Below, piece by piece: positions 17,562 through 26,346 of a stretch of 64,000 bases of DNA. The translations under genes were made by a program, and so were the position numbers. Numbering within the stretch: the first letter of the stretch is position 1; each line of letters starts with the position of its first letter. The notes beneath the pieces are model-generated. The model made no database searches and was not told where the DNA came from. It worked only from the letters and a program-made list of their open reading frames with translations. The stretch lies in assembly GCA_964526965.1 (NCBI GenBank), contig CAZGML010000007.1:14658-78657 (forward strand), read 5' to 3'. Source of the DNA: an uncultured Sphaerobacteraceae bacterium. Lineage in GTDB: Bacteria; Chloroflexota; Chloroflexia; Thermomicrobiales; UBA6265.

Positions 17562-18182
17562 TTGAAATTTCTTATCACCGTTGCATCCGTGCTTCTTCTT
17601 ACTCTGCCTCAGGTAGCCTCTGCCCAAACACCGGTAGCGGATGAAGGGCTACAGGTTATTGCCGAGCGTCAGTACGCGGCTGACCCCGAGGGCAATATCG
17701 ATACAGGTAGCGAGGGGATCTATCTCGCCAGCGTGCGGGTCTATCTCTTTGACAACGCGGATGGAGCCGAATCCACCTGGGAAACACTGGTAGCAGCGGA
17801 TTCAGTCGAGGCTGATCTTCCGGAGGACGATGATTCCTTCACCTACGAGAAAACCGAAATCGATGATATCGGCGACCGCGCCATGGTACTGAACCTGAGC
17901 GCAGAGATCCGCGAGGATGAAACAGCCACCTTCCGCACGATGATCATCCAGAAAGGCGCGATGATCGTGACCGTCAACGCTATCGCAGGGTCAGCGGATG
18001 ATGCCGAAGGAGCCGATGCTATTGCAATCGCGATGATCGAGCGCCAGCCCGGCGATGGTGAATCCGAATACGATGGCAATGGTGGTTCTACGGGTGGCGT
18101 ATGGGAGGTTTTCCTGCCCGCCGATGCCGAAGAACTCGGCGAACTCCAGGCCTATGCTGACAAGGAAACCCGACCGGCCTAG
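17562..18182 (+). CDS. Secreted acidic protein, one GG-[WF] domain (array member 4)
   Basis: Probable TTG start at 17562 (AGAAAGG upstream), giving the signal peptide (M)KFLITVASVLLLTLPQVASAQ. Domain end is DGNGGSTGGVWEVFLPADAEELGELQAY (nt 18081-18107). The track ORF begins at 17502. Confidence 0.7.
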   Translation: MKFLITVASVLLLTLPQVASAQTPVADEGLQVIAERQYAADPEGNIDTGSEGIYLASVRVYLFDNADGAESTWETLVAADSVEADLPEDDDSFTYEKTEIDDIGDRAMVLNLSAEIREDETATFRTMIIQKGAMIVTVNAIAGSADDAEGADAIAIAMIERQPGDGESEYDGNGGSTGGVWEVFLPADAEELGELQAYADKETRPA

Positions 18183-18324
18183 ATGCGAACGGGTACAATA
18201 CGAATTGTAAGGATGTTCGCTCGGCGCAGTGAACACGTTGAGTTGGGTTTTGCCCCACTCATAACACCCCGGCGCCTGATCACCCCGATCATTTCCCACT
18301 GCCGGGCACGAAAGGTTTTATCGA

Positions 18325-19425
18325 ATGACACAAGGCTCGAACGTGACCACCGAGCAGGTGCAGCAGGCGCTCGGCATGGTGAAAGAGCCAGCAACCGGCC
18401 GAACACTGGCCGATCTGCACCTGGTCACAGATGTGGCAGTAGAAGGTAACGGCGATGTTCGCATCAATATCGACTCGCTTAGCCCCATTGATAGCCACAA
18501 GCAAAAGCTGGAGCGCGATATCCGCGCCGCCCTCGATACCGTTGGAGGTATCGGGAACGTCGTGGTGGATATGCGCACCAAGGTGCGCGCAAGTGGCAGC
18601 GGTCGCTCCGATGCGCAGCCGATTCCCGGCGTGCGAAACGTTATCGCTGTGGCTTCCGGTAAGGGTGGCGTTGGCAAGAGCACCGTCGCCGTAAACATGG
18701 CCGTTAGCCTGGCCAAGGCCGGTGCCAAGGTCGGATTGCTGGACGCAGATGTCTACGGTCCCAGCACCCCGCTGATGATGGGCGTGAACGAGCGTCCGTT
18801 GATGCGCGATAACAAGATCGTTCCGTTGGAAGCACACGGCGTGAAGCTGATGAGCATCGGGTTCATTCTCGATCCGGAAAAGGCGCTCATTTGGCGCGGT
18901 CCGCTGGTAGCCCAACTCATCAACCAGTTCCTCAACGATGTGTTGTGGGAAGATCTCGATTACCTCGTACTGGACCTGCCCCCCGGAACCGGCGATGTGC
19001 AGCTGACGCTGGTACAGAAGATTCCGATTTCTGGCGCGATTATCGTCACAACCCCACAGGAAGTGGCGCTGGCCGACGCGGTGAAGGGCCTCAAGATGTT
19101 CCAGGAGGTGAAGACACCGATTCTGGGGATCGTAGAAAACATGAGCTGGTTCCAGCCGCCAGGACACGACGAGAAGTACCACATCTTCGGGCAAGGCGGT
19201 GGTGAATCGACCGCAACCGAGAACGATGTAGAACTACTGGCACAGATTCCGATTGAGATGGAACTGCGCGAGGGCGGCGACTCTGGCCGACCCATGAGCA
19301 TTAGTGAACCCAACAGCCTGACGGCCCGTGAGTTCATGCACCTCGGCGAGCGGGTGGCAGTTCAGTTGGCAAACCAGGCACTGGCGAAGCCGCGCAAGCC
19401 CACTATTATGCTGAAGAGCGTGTAG
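18325..19425 (+). CDS. mrp: Mrp/NBP35/ApbC family iron-sulfur cluster carrier ATPase
   Basis: N-terminal DUF59-like segment, deviant Walker A VASGKGGVGKSTVAVNMA, LLDADVYGPS, DYLVLDLPPGTGD. Confidence 0.93.
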   Translation: MTQGSNVTTEQVQQALGMVKEPATGRTLADLHLVTDVAVEGNGDVRINIDSLSPIDSHKQKLERDIRAALDTVGGIGNVVVDMRTKVRASGSGRSDAQPIPGVRNVIAVASGKGGVGKSTVAVNMAVSLAKAGAKVGLLDADVYGPSTPLMMGVNERPLMRDNKIVPLEAHGVKLMSIGFILDPEKALIWRGPLVAQLINQFLNDVLWEDLDYLVLDLPPGTGDVQLTLVQKIPISGAIIVTTPQEVALADAVKGLKMFQEVKTPILGIVENMSWFQPPGHDEKYHIFGQGGGESTATENDVELLAQIPIEMELREGGDSGRPMSISEPNSLTAREFMHLGERVAVQLANQALAKPRKPTIMLKSV

Positions 19426-19476
19426 CCGATCACAGCATTCTCATTGCGGCGCCATCTATAGTTACGACACAAGCGT

Positions 19477-19503
19477 AAACCCGGCTCATAGAGCCGGGTT
19501 TTG
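19477..19503 (+). terminator. Intrinsic terminator after mrp
   Basis: AAACCCGGCTC, loop ata, GAGCCGGGTTT, followed by TTG. Confidence 0.75.
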
Positions 19504-19683
19504 CCTTATCCGTTATGGTCACGGTGCATTAACAAGAGTTGTGGCAAATACAATTACCCTGGCCTTGGGTTGTCCTGTGCCGGGCACCCAGCGGGTATCC
19601 TGTTCGCGACTCTTGATATACGATGCCTTGGGGGAATTGAACCCGCAATTTCCCGATCGCGATTATTTAGTCGGAGTCATTCA

Positions 19684-20532
19684 ATGAACGTATATGTGTC
19701 GGTCGATATTGAAGGTGTGAGCGGACTGGTCCACGGGGATATGATGATGCCCTCGGGGCGCGAGTATGATCGTGGGCGCAAGCTCATGACCGCTGATGCA
19801 AACGCGGCAATTGCAGGGTTGGTTCGCGGCGGTGCGGATTATGTGCTCGTGAACGACTCTCATGGCCCCATGCGGAACCTGCTCGTGGAGGAGCTCCATG
19901 ATTCCGCTCACCTGATCACCGGCACCGGCGATGCAAAGGATCATTGCCAGCTGGAAGGCGCCAATAGCGAATCCTTCGATGCGGCGGTTTTTGTGGGGTA
20001 CCACGCCATGGCCAGAACGCTAAACGCAATCCACCCGCATACCATTGCGGGCGCAGTGGTTGGTGAGATTCGCCTCAACGGAAAGCCTCATGGTGAAACC
20101 GGTCTGAATGCGGCGGTATTGGCATCCCTGGGAATTCCGACCGTGATGGTAACCGGCGATCATACAACCATGGATGAGGCAACCAGCTTCCTCGGCACCG
20201 GAATCCAGACCGTAAATGTCAAAAAAGCGTGCGGGTACAACGCTGCGATCTGCCGCCCACTCTCCCAGTGCTATGCGGATATCACCGAAGCTGCCACCCG
20301 TGCGCTGAATTCAATCGGTGACGTTCCTCTTTACAAGCCAAATGAACCATGGGAGCTGGAAGTAGATTTCAACACGATGCAACAGGCAAACCGGGCAGCA
20401 CGCACCGCAGGCGTCACGAGAGTTTCCCCGATGACCATGCGGATCGAAGGCGATTCGCCGTGGGATCAGTATCAGAACCTCTGGGCTGCATTACGCTCTG
20501 CGCTATATGAACCCGCCGGCTGGCTGGCGTAA
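19684..20532 (+). CDS. dppA: D-aminopeptidase DppA (peptidase family M55)
   Basis: Trimmed to the ATG at 19684. MNVYVSVDIEGVSGLVH...ADANAAIAGL...VLVNDSHGPMRNL...VGYHAMA is the M55 pattern. Confidence 0.88.
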   Translation: MNVYVSVDIEGVSGLVHGDMMMPSGREYDRGRKLMTADANAAIAGLVRGGADYVLVNDSHGPMRNLLVEELHDSAHLITGTGDAKDHCQLEGANSESFDAAVFVGYHAMARTLNAIHPHTIAGAVVGEIRLNGKPHGETGLNAAVLASLGIPTVMVTGDHTTMDEATSFLGTGIQTVNVKKACGYNAAICRPLSQCYADITEAATRALNSIGDVPLYKPNEPWELEVDFNTMQQANRAARTAGVTRVSPMTMRIEGDSPWDQYQNLWAALRSALYEPAGWLA

Positions 20533-20564
20533 CACTCCACGAGGTAACCCGACAGACACGTGAA

Positions 20565-20593
20565 GAAGGGCCGTCCGAACTGGACGGCCCTTC
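20565..20593. terminator. Bidirectional terminator between dppA and the convergent permease gene
   Basis: GAAGGGCCGTCC, loop gaact, GGACGGCCCTTC (12-bp perfect stem). Confidence 0.75.
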
Positions 20594-20612
20594 GCGTTGC
20601 ACTCAATATCCT

Positions 20613-21494
20613 TTAGCTCTGGCGGATGCGTGGGTCGAGGAAATCGCGCACGGCGTCACCGAACATGTTGATGCACAACACGATAACAGCCAGGGCGATG
20701 CCAGGATAGAGCACCGTCCATGGTGCAATTTCCATGGCGGAGCGGTTTTCACTCAGCATTGAGCCCAGGCTCGGTGTTGGTGGCACGGCTCCGAGGCCGA
20801 GGAAGCTCAGCGCAGCTTCCATGGTGATCGCACCACTGGTACTCAATGCCAACTGCACCAGAATGGGCGCAGCCACGTTCGGCAGTACATGGCGGCGCAG
20901 GATTCTCCACGTTGTTGCGCCACCAGCCTGTGCGGCGTGGACGTACTCGATGTTCTTCACGGAAAGCGTCGATCCGCGCACCATACGCGCGAAGATCGGC
21001 GTCTGCACCAGGGTGATCGCCAGCACGATACTTGTGAACCCTGCCCCGATAATCGAGACGATGAGAATCGCCAGGATAATGCTGGGGAAGCTGAACAACA
21101 CGTCCATCAAACGCATGGTCCAGTACTCCTGCCACTTCCCGATGTAGCCAGCAACCAGGCCAATGAGCGTGCCGGCAACGGCGGCGCACATCACGGCGAC
21201 AACTCCTACCACCAGGGAGACGCGGGTGCCATAGAGAATGCGCGAGAGGATATCGCGACCGAACATATCGGTGCCCAACAGCCCACCTTCGCCCGGTGCC
21301 TTGAGCCGATCGGCCGGGGCCATTTCAACGGGATCGGAGAGACCCAGCACCGGCGAAAGCAACGCGAGCGTAAAGAGCACCAGCAACACGACGCCGGAAA
21401 GCGCTGCGATTTTGTTTCGGGAAACCACGCGCCGGAACGCGCGACCGCGACTTTTTTTGGCGGGAGCAAGTGCCAACGAAGCTGCCTGGCTCAT
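20613..21494 (-). CDS. ABC transporter permease, peptide/nickel (DppC/OppC-like)
   Basis: 293 aa, about 6 TM segments. Conserved loop EYVHAAQAGGATTWRILRRHVLPNVAAPILV. 4-nt overlap with the upstream permease gene. Confidence 0.93.
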   Translation of the reverse strand: MSQAASLALAPAKKSRGRAFRRVVSRNKIAALSGVVLLVLFTLALLSPVLGLSDPVEMAPADRLKAPGEGGLLGTDMFGRDILSRILYGTRVSLVVGVVAVMCAAVAGTLIGLVAGYIGKWQEYWTMRLMDVLFSFPSIILAILIVSIIGAGFTSIVLAITLVQTPIFARMVRGSTLSVKNIEYVHAAQAGGATTWRILRRHVLPNVAAPILVQLALSTSGAITMEAALSFLGLGAVPPTPSLGSMLSENRSAMEIAPWTVLYPGIALAVIVLCINMFGDAVRDFLDPRIRQS

Positions 21495-22456
21495 TGTTCG
21501 CTCCCTCCTACACGAATGCGCGGGTCAACCAGCCCATAAATAACGTCCGTAATCATGTTCATCAAAACGAAACCGGCAGCGATAAAGAGAACTGTTCCCT
21601 GTACGAGCGGATAATCGCGCTGGTTCACAGCATCGAGCGCCAGCCGACCGATACCAGGAATCGCGAAGACCTGCTCCACAATCACGGTGCCGCCGAGCAT
21701 ATAGCCGGTTTGGATACCGACAATGGTGATTACGGGAATCAGCGAGTTGCGCAGGGCGTGACCAAGCACGATACGGCGCTGCTTCAGCCCTTTCGCACGC
21801 GCTACGGTGAGGTATTCCTTGCCGAGTTCCTCCAGCAGGGAACTCCGCATCATTCGCATAATTGCAGCAGCCAGCAGAGCCCCGAGCGAGATCGTGGGCA
21901 TGATCAATGACCGCAGGTTCGGCCAAAGTCCTTCGGATATCGAGACAAATCCGGTAGTGGGAAGAATCCTCCACTGGGTGCTGATGAAGAGCACCAGCAT
22001 GGTAGCAATGAGAAAGTTCGGCACGCTCAGGCCAACCAGGGCGAATACGCGCAGAACGGAATCTGGCCAGCGACCACGCGTCAGTGCCGCCACGATTCCG
22101 GCCGGAATCGCAAGGACAAGCGATGTGATGGTGGCAAGGGCAGCTAACTCCAGCGTGACCGGCAACCGGGAAGCGATTTCACTGGAAACCGGATTACCGG
22201 TGTTGAGCGAGGTGCCCATATCGCCGGTCAACACATTCCCAAGCCAAATGACATACTGCACGGGAACCGGTTTATCCAGCCCATAGTGGCGCACGATTTG
22301 TTGGCGTTGCTCCGGGGTAATATCCTGACCGACGCCGAGAAGAATATCGACGAAGTCACCCGGAATGAGATGCATGGCACCGAATACCAGAATAGACATG
22401 CCAAACAGCGTTGGCAGGAATACGGTGATCATGCGACGGGCAAGGTAGGCGAACAT
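21491..22456 (-). CDS. ABC transporter permease, peptide/nickel (DppB/OppB-like)
   Basis: 321 aa. MFAYLARRMITVFLPTLFGMSILVF N-terminus. EYLTVARAKGLKQRRIVLGHALRNSLIPVITI loop. Confidence 0.93.
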   Translation of the reverse strand: MFAYLARRMITVFLPTLFGMSILVFGAMHLIPGDFVDILLGVGQDITPEQRQQIVRHYGLDKPVPVQYVIWLGNVLTGDMGTSLNTGNPVSSEIASRLPVTLELAALATITSLVLAIPAGIVAALTRGRWPDSVLRVFALVGLSVPNFLIATMLVLFISTQWRILPTTGFVSISEGLWPNLRSLIMPTISLGALLAAAIMRMMRSSLLEELGKEYLTVARAKGLKQRRIVLGHALRNSLIPVITIVGIQTGYMLGGTVIVEQVFAIPGIGRLALDAVNQRDYPLVQGTVLFIAAGFVLMNMITDVIYGLVDPRIRVGGSEQ

Positions 22457-22493
22457 GGTGGAACTCTATCTTGATGACGATTAGGCAGGAAAC

Positions 22494-22514
22494 GGGAGCG
22501 CCAATGGCGCTCCC
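22494..22514 (-). other. Intercistronic hairpin between the binding-protein and permease genes
   Basis: GGGAGCGCC, loop aat, GGCGCTCCC. This position is typical of ABC operons, where such hairpins are thought to stabilise the binding-protein message. Confidence 0.5.
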
Positions 22515-22537
22515 GATCGTGCGTTGCTTTTTTGATT

Positions 22538-24073
22538 CTACTCGCCGACCGAGGTTTCTGGCAGCGTCATCCAGGTCTGGGCAGATGTTGGCTCAAAGCC
22601 ACTGACGTTCTGCGCGGTACCCCAGTGATTGTTCTTGGTAGCAATGAAGAGCAGCGGAGCTTCTTCCGCAATCAGCATCTCGGCTTCGTTGTAGACGGCG
22701 CGTCGCTCTTCGAAGTCGGTGAGCTGGCGGGCTTCTGTGAGCAGTTCGTCCAGCTCTTCGTTGCTGTATTCGAAGGCGTTGACGGATCCACCGGTAACGA
22801 GTGCCGGGTAGAGTGCGCGGTCCGGATCGTTCCCGGAGCCGTTGAAGCTGACGAAGCTCTCGAACTCACCGCTGTTCCAGCGCTCGATAAAGGTACCCCA
22901 CTCGACCTGGTCCATGATCACTTCCACGCCGATTTCGCGAAGCTGATCCTGAATCACAAGCGCGATGTTGACGAACTCGGTGCGGTTGGCACCAACGGTG
23001 ATGCTGAAAGAGAGGTCTGTGGCCCCGGCCTCTTCGAGCAGTGCCTGTGCTCCCTCGCGGTCGACCTCGTAGTTCGGGAGCTCTTCAATCGGCAGTGCCC
23101 AGTCGCCCAGGGTTGGAACGAGCGGACCAGATACCTGGCCAGCACCGAAGAAGACACTGTCGATAATCGCCTGGCGGTCGATAGCCATGCTCAGGGCCTG
23201 ACGGACCTTAACGTCGTCAAACGGTGGGTTTGAGGTGTTGAACCCAAGCAGGTAGTAGTCGGTGGTTTCCTGGTCGATCATCACCACGCTGTCATCACCG
23301 CGGGCGGTATCAATCGCAACCGGGTCGATCATTGAGGTGAGGTGGATTTCACCGGTTCGCACCGCAGCGAGGCGGGCGGTTTCTTCCGGCATGATGTTGT
23401 ACCGGAGGTTTGGTGTAACCGGCTGACCTTCGCGCCAGTAGCCGTCATGCGCTTCCATGATGGTGTGGGTATCCTGAACGTGATCCACCATCTTGTACGG
23501 GCCAGTGCCGATCATTTCTTGCTCGAAATCGATGCCCTCGCGACTCGGGAGAATGGATGCATAGGTGGCGGTAAGCACCGAAAGGAAGGGGCCGTAGCTC
23601 TGCTTCAGGTTGAAGGTAACCTCCAGGTCGCCAGTGGCCTCAACGGAGTCCAGCGGCTCGAACTGGCTCACCCAAACACTGCCACCGTCCGGATCCATCA
23701 GGCGCTCGAAGGTGAAGACCACGTCGTCGGCGGTCAGCGGATCGCCATTGTGGAAGGTAACGCCTTCGCGAAGCTTGAAGACGTAGGTCGTGTCGTCCGG
23801 CTGTTCCCAGCTTTCTGCCAGAATCGGCACGGGGTGGCCGTCTTCATCGAAGATGATGAGCGTATCGCACACTGCAGCGAGAAGTTCGAAGCTCGCCGAG
23901 GCGGTGACCATGGCCGGGTCCCACCCGACGGCCTCTTCGGCCTTGCCGATAATCAGGGTGTCGGAGCCATCCTGCGCGAACGCCCGGCCCGGAATCGTGC
24001 AAAAGCTACCAACGGCAGCTGCCGCAGCGGTGCCCTTAAGAAGCGTACGACGGTCAACTGAATGTGTGGTCAT
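22538..24073 (-). CDS. ABC transporter substrate-binding protein, family 5 (peptide/nickel), Tat-type signal
   Basis: Start at the ATG at 24073 (GGGAGA 7 nt upstream). MTTHSVDRRTLLKGTAAAAAVGS. Family-5 core is TFHNGDPLTADDVVFTFERL. The track ORF begins at 24088. Confidence 0.9.
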   Translation of the reverse strand: MTTHSVDRRTLLKGTAAAAAVGSFCTIPGRAFAQDGSDTLIIGKAEEAVGWDPAMVTASASFELLAAVCDTLIIFDEDGHPVPILAESWEQPDDTTYVFKLREGVTFHNGDPLTADDVVFTFERLMDPDGGSVWVSQFEPLDSVEATGDLEVTFNLKQSYGPFLSVLTATYASILPSREGIDFEQEMIGTGPYKMVDHVQDTHTIMEAHDGYWREGQPVTPNLRYNIMPEETARLAAVRTGEIHLTSMIDPVAIDTARGDDSVVMIDQETTDYYLLGFNTSNPPFDDVKVRQALSMAIDRQAIIDSVFFGAGQVSGPLVPTLGDWALPIEELPNYEVDREGAQALLEEAGATDLSFSITVGANRTEFVNIALVIQDQLREIGVEVIMDQVEWGTFIERWNSGEFESFVSFNGSGNDPDRALYPALVTGGSVNAFEYSNEELDELLTEARQLTDFEERRAVYNEAEMLIAEEAPLLFIATKNNHWGTAQNVSGFEPTSAQTWMTLPETSVGE

Positions 24074-24286
24074 TACCGAATCTCCCATTTAAACGAATAA
24101 AAATCGTCAGTACTGTAAAGTAACTGGATACCATATTGAAGGATATACCCGGCGTTGACAAGGCAAATCGGTAGGCCGGATCACAACCCTCCACGGGGTG
24201 TAGGGATTCTCCCGATGAAGTTGTATTCAGTACGCGATACGCTATGTGCAAGAAATGTTTGAGGCTGTTGCCGGAAAGGAGCCGAC

Positions 24287-24508
24287 ATGATCATTCAGGA
24301 TTCGATAGAGAAACGGCCTGCGGTAATGGAGGATTTGACGGAAACCCAGCTGAAGGAGTTGGAGTTTCAGGCATCAGAGTACGATGTGGAGGATTTCTTC
24401 CGCATTGGCGCCAACTATGGTTGGGACCGCGAAACGACCCGCGAGGTTTGGGCGTGGTTTGAGGTTCAGCACAAATATCCGCTGGAGGGAACGGTGACAG
24501 CGACGTAG
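24287..24508 (+). CDS. Hypothetical small acidic protein (73 aa)
   Basis: Strong RBS GGAAAGGAGCCGAC before the ATG. The product is rich in Trp and Glu (GANYGWDRETTREVWAWFEVQHKY). No family recognised. Confidence 0.55.
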   Translation: MIIQDSIEKRPAVMEDLTETQLKELEFQASEYDVEDFFRIGANYGWDRETTREVWAWFEVQHKYPLEGTVTAT

Positions 24509-24588
24509 CTGTCTGGTAGTTGAGGGAGTCATCCGCCATTGCGGGTGGCTCTCTTTTTGTGTTTGTAATGAACAAGCCTGACACGCAA

Positions 24589-24631
24589 TAGACCGGCGTT
24601 TTGTTGATGATTGCATCAATCCGCCGGTCTA
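24589..24631. other. 10-bp perfect inverted repeat in the non-coding gap
   Basis: TAGACCGGCG (24589-24598) and CGCCGGTCTA (24622-24631), 23-nt spacer. Confidence 0.5.
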
Positions 24632-25207
24632 CGCTCCGTCTTTTAGATTGTTTGCCACACGGCCTGTGGATGTGTGTAGCACTCCATCGAGATCGCTTGA
24701 GGCGATGCGATGGAAGCCAGGCCATTCGAGGGCGTCTATGACGCACTACTCCTTGTTTCGATTCCAACAACCCATGTACCTCTTCACGTGGTTCTTTGCG
24801 ATTCTGTGGCATCGTGTCAGGTGACAGTCTGAACATGCGCCTGTGAACCGACTTATGCTCCCACGGTTTGGGCTGTTACAACCTCAACTCGATGACGCCG
24901 TTTGCGTCCGCAATCTACCCGTCGGATCCGTATGTGGCTCGTGCCCGCTACAACCTCCGATGCTCCGGGGTGGTTAGCGCGGTGGCAATGGAGCTTTCGC
25001 CTGGCGAATCATGCAAATGAGGCTTGTACCTCGCGTTGATTCTCTATGGAATCAAACCGGTTCGTGCTGAAGCGCCGCTTGAAACCTCGCTGGTTCCGTG
25101 CTCACGAGAGTTTTCTATGACTCATCGTGCGGTAACCCATTACCGATGCCGCGGTGGAACATCCGCTGCGGCTGACACTGCCGGGCATATGACCCCCGAC
25201 GCGCCGA

Positions 25208-25232
25208 AATGGTGAATTCTCACCATTATTTG
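25208..25232 (+). terminator. Candidate plus-strand stem-loop with U-tract inside the non-coding gap
   Basis: AATGGTGA, loop attc, TCACCATT, followed by ATTTG. No annotated plus-strand gene ends here. Confidence 0.3.
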
Positions 25233-25428
25233 AAGAGCGTTTACCGAGCATCTGCCGAACTCCAATAGCCTTCAGTGTTGCTATGGCTTAGTTAGCTTTG
25301 CCCTTCCCGGGCGATGCAGCCTCGGTGCATCTCTTCGTAGCTACATCCTAGAGATGTATACAGAAAAAGTCAAGAGGCTGCATCACAATTGTGTACATTG
25401 CACATGCGGTCCGAATTGGCGGCAATTT

Positions 25429-26331
25429 CTACGCTTGTGCCGCGAACTGATCCCACACCCAGCGGCTGGCGCGAGCGATGGCATCGGTGGTTTCCACCGA
25501 TTCGTCCTGCTGCTTGCTCATGAACGAAATGATGTAGTTCAGGTTCGGCGAGTAGACGATTCCGGCATCGTTCACCACCCCGCGCAGTGATCCCGTTTTA
25601 TGAGCGGTTTCGATATCCGCATCTTTCGGCAGGCGCGCGGGGATTCGGGTTCCGAAGTTCTGGTCCTTCAGAATCTTGATCGCCCCTTCGCGACCGGCGT
25701 CGGAGAGGCCCGTACCCTCGTGGATAATGCGAAGAATTTTGGCCATTTCTCGAGGGGTACTGACGTCGTTGCGCGGATCGCCCTGGAAGGCGAGGTTGCC
25801 ATCGTTGCTGGTGTTTTTCTTGAGCGCTTCTTTCAGCATGTCATAGTCAACTGTTGGGTCGGTTGGATCGACCCCGGCGATGGTGCAGAACATTTCGCGG
25901 ATGTTCATGGGGATATACGTGTTGTTGAGGCCGAGATTCTTGAGGGTTGCGGCCATCGCATCCTTCCCGATCAGGTCATACACCAGATCGGTAGCCCAGT
26001 TATCCGAGACGATAATCATGAGCTCGGCGAGGTCGCGAATAGTGGGCTGGAGGCCCTCATCCAGATCCTGCAGCACACCGCTGCCCGGCACCCGATTCTC
26101 GTGGGACAGCGTCAGACGCGCGGTGAGGTCGATCTCGCCCTCTTCAGCCTGTCGGTAGAGCTCATAGAGCAACGGCGTTTTCATCATGGAAGCGGTTGGG
26201 TAGAGTTCATCGGCGTTATAGGTGAGTTGCAGATCCGTATCGAGGTGATCGACCATGACACCCACGGAACCACCAAGACCGTTGAACCGTGATTCCATTT
26301 CCTTTTCAAATTGTTGTTGAGAAATCGGCAC
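25429..26331 (-). CDS. Class-A beta-lactamase-like serine hydrolase, no signal peptide
   Basis: S-x-x-K (ASMMK, aa 48-51), S-D-N (VSDNWATD, aa 109-111) and K-T-G (HKTGSLRG) are present. The N-terminus MPISQQQFEKEMESRF is hydrophilic. It is the last gene of the permease operon. Confidence 0.85.
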   Translation of the reverse strand: MPISQQQFEKEMESRFNGLGGSVGVMVDHLDTDLQLTYNADELYPTASMMKTPLLYELYRQAEEGEIDLTARLTLSHENRVPGSGVLQDLDEGLQPTIRDLAELMIIVSDNWATDLVYDLIGKDAMAATLKNLGLNNTYIPMNIREMFCTIAGVDPTDPTVDYDMLKEALKKNTSNDGNLAFQGDPRNDVSTPREMAKILRIIHEGTGLSDAGREGAIKILKDQNFGTRIPARLPKDADIETAHKTGSLRGVVNDAGIVYSPNLNYIISFMSKQQDESVETTDAIARASRWVWDQFAAQA

Positions 26332-26346
26332 TGGGAACTCGTCTTT

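Noticed and set aside
24582-24836. Start-less plus-strand reading frame in the non-coding gap containing C-S-T-P-S-R, considered as a sulfatase or FGE-substrate remnant
   Set aside because: The spacing is C-x-x-P-x-R rather than C-x-P-x-R. The frame has no start codon until late and no other sulfatase landmarks. It is treated as chance.
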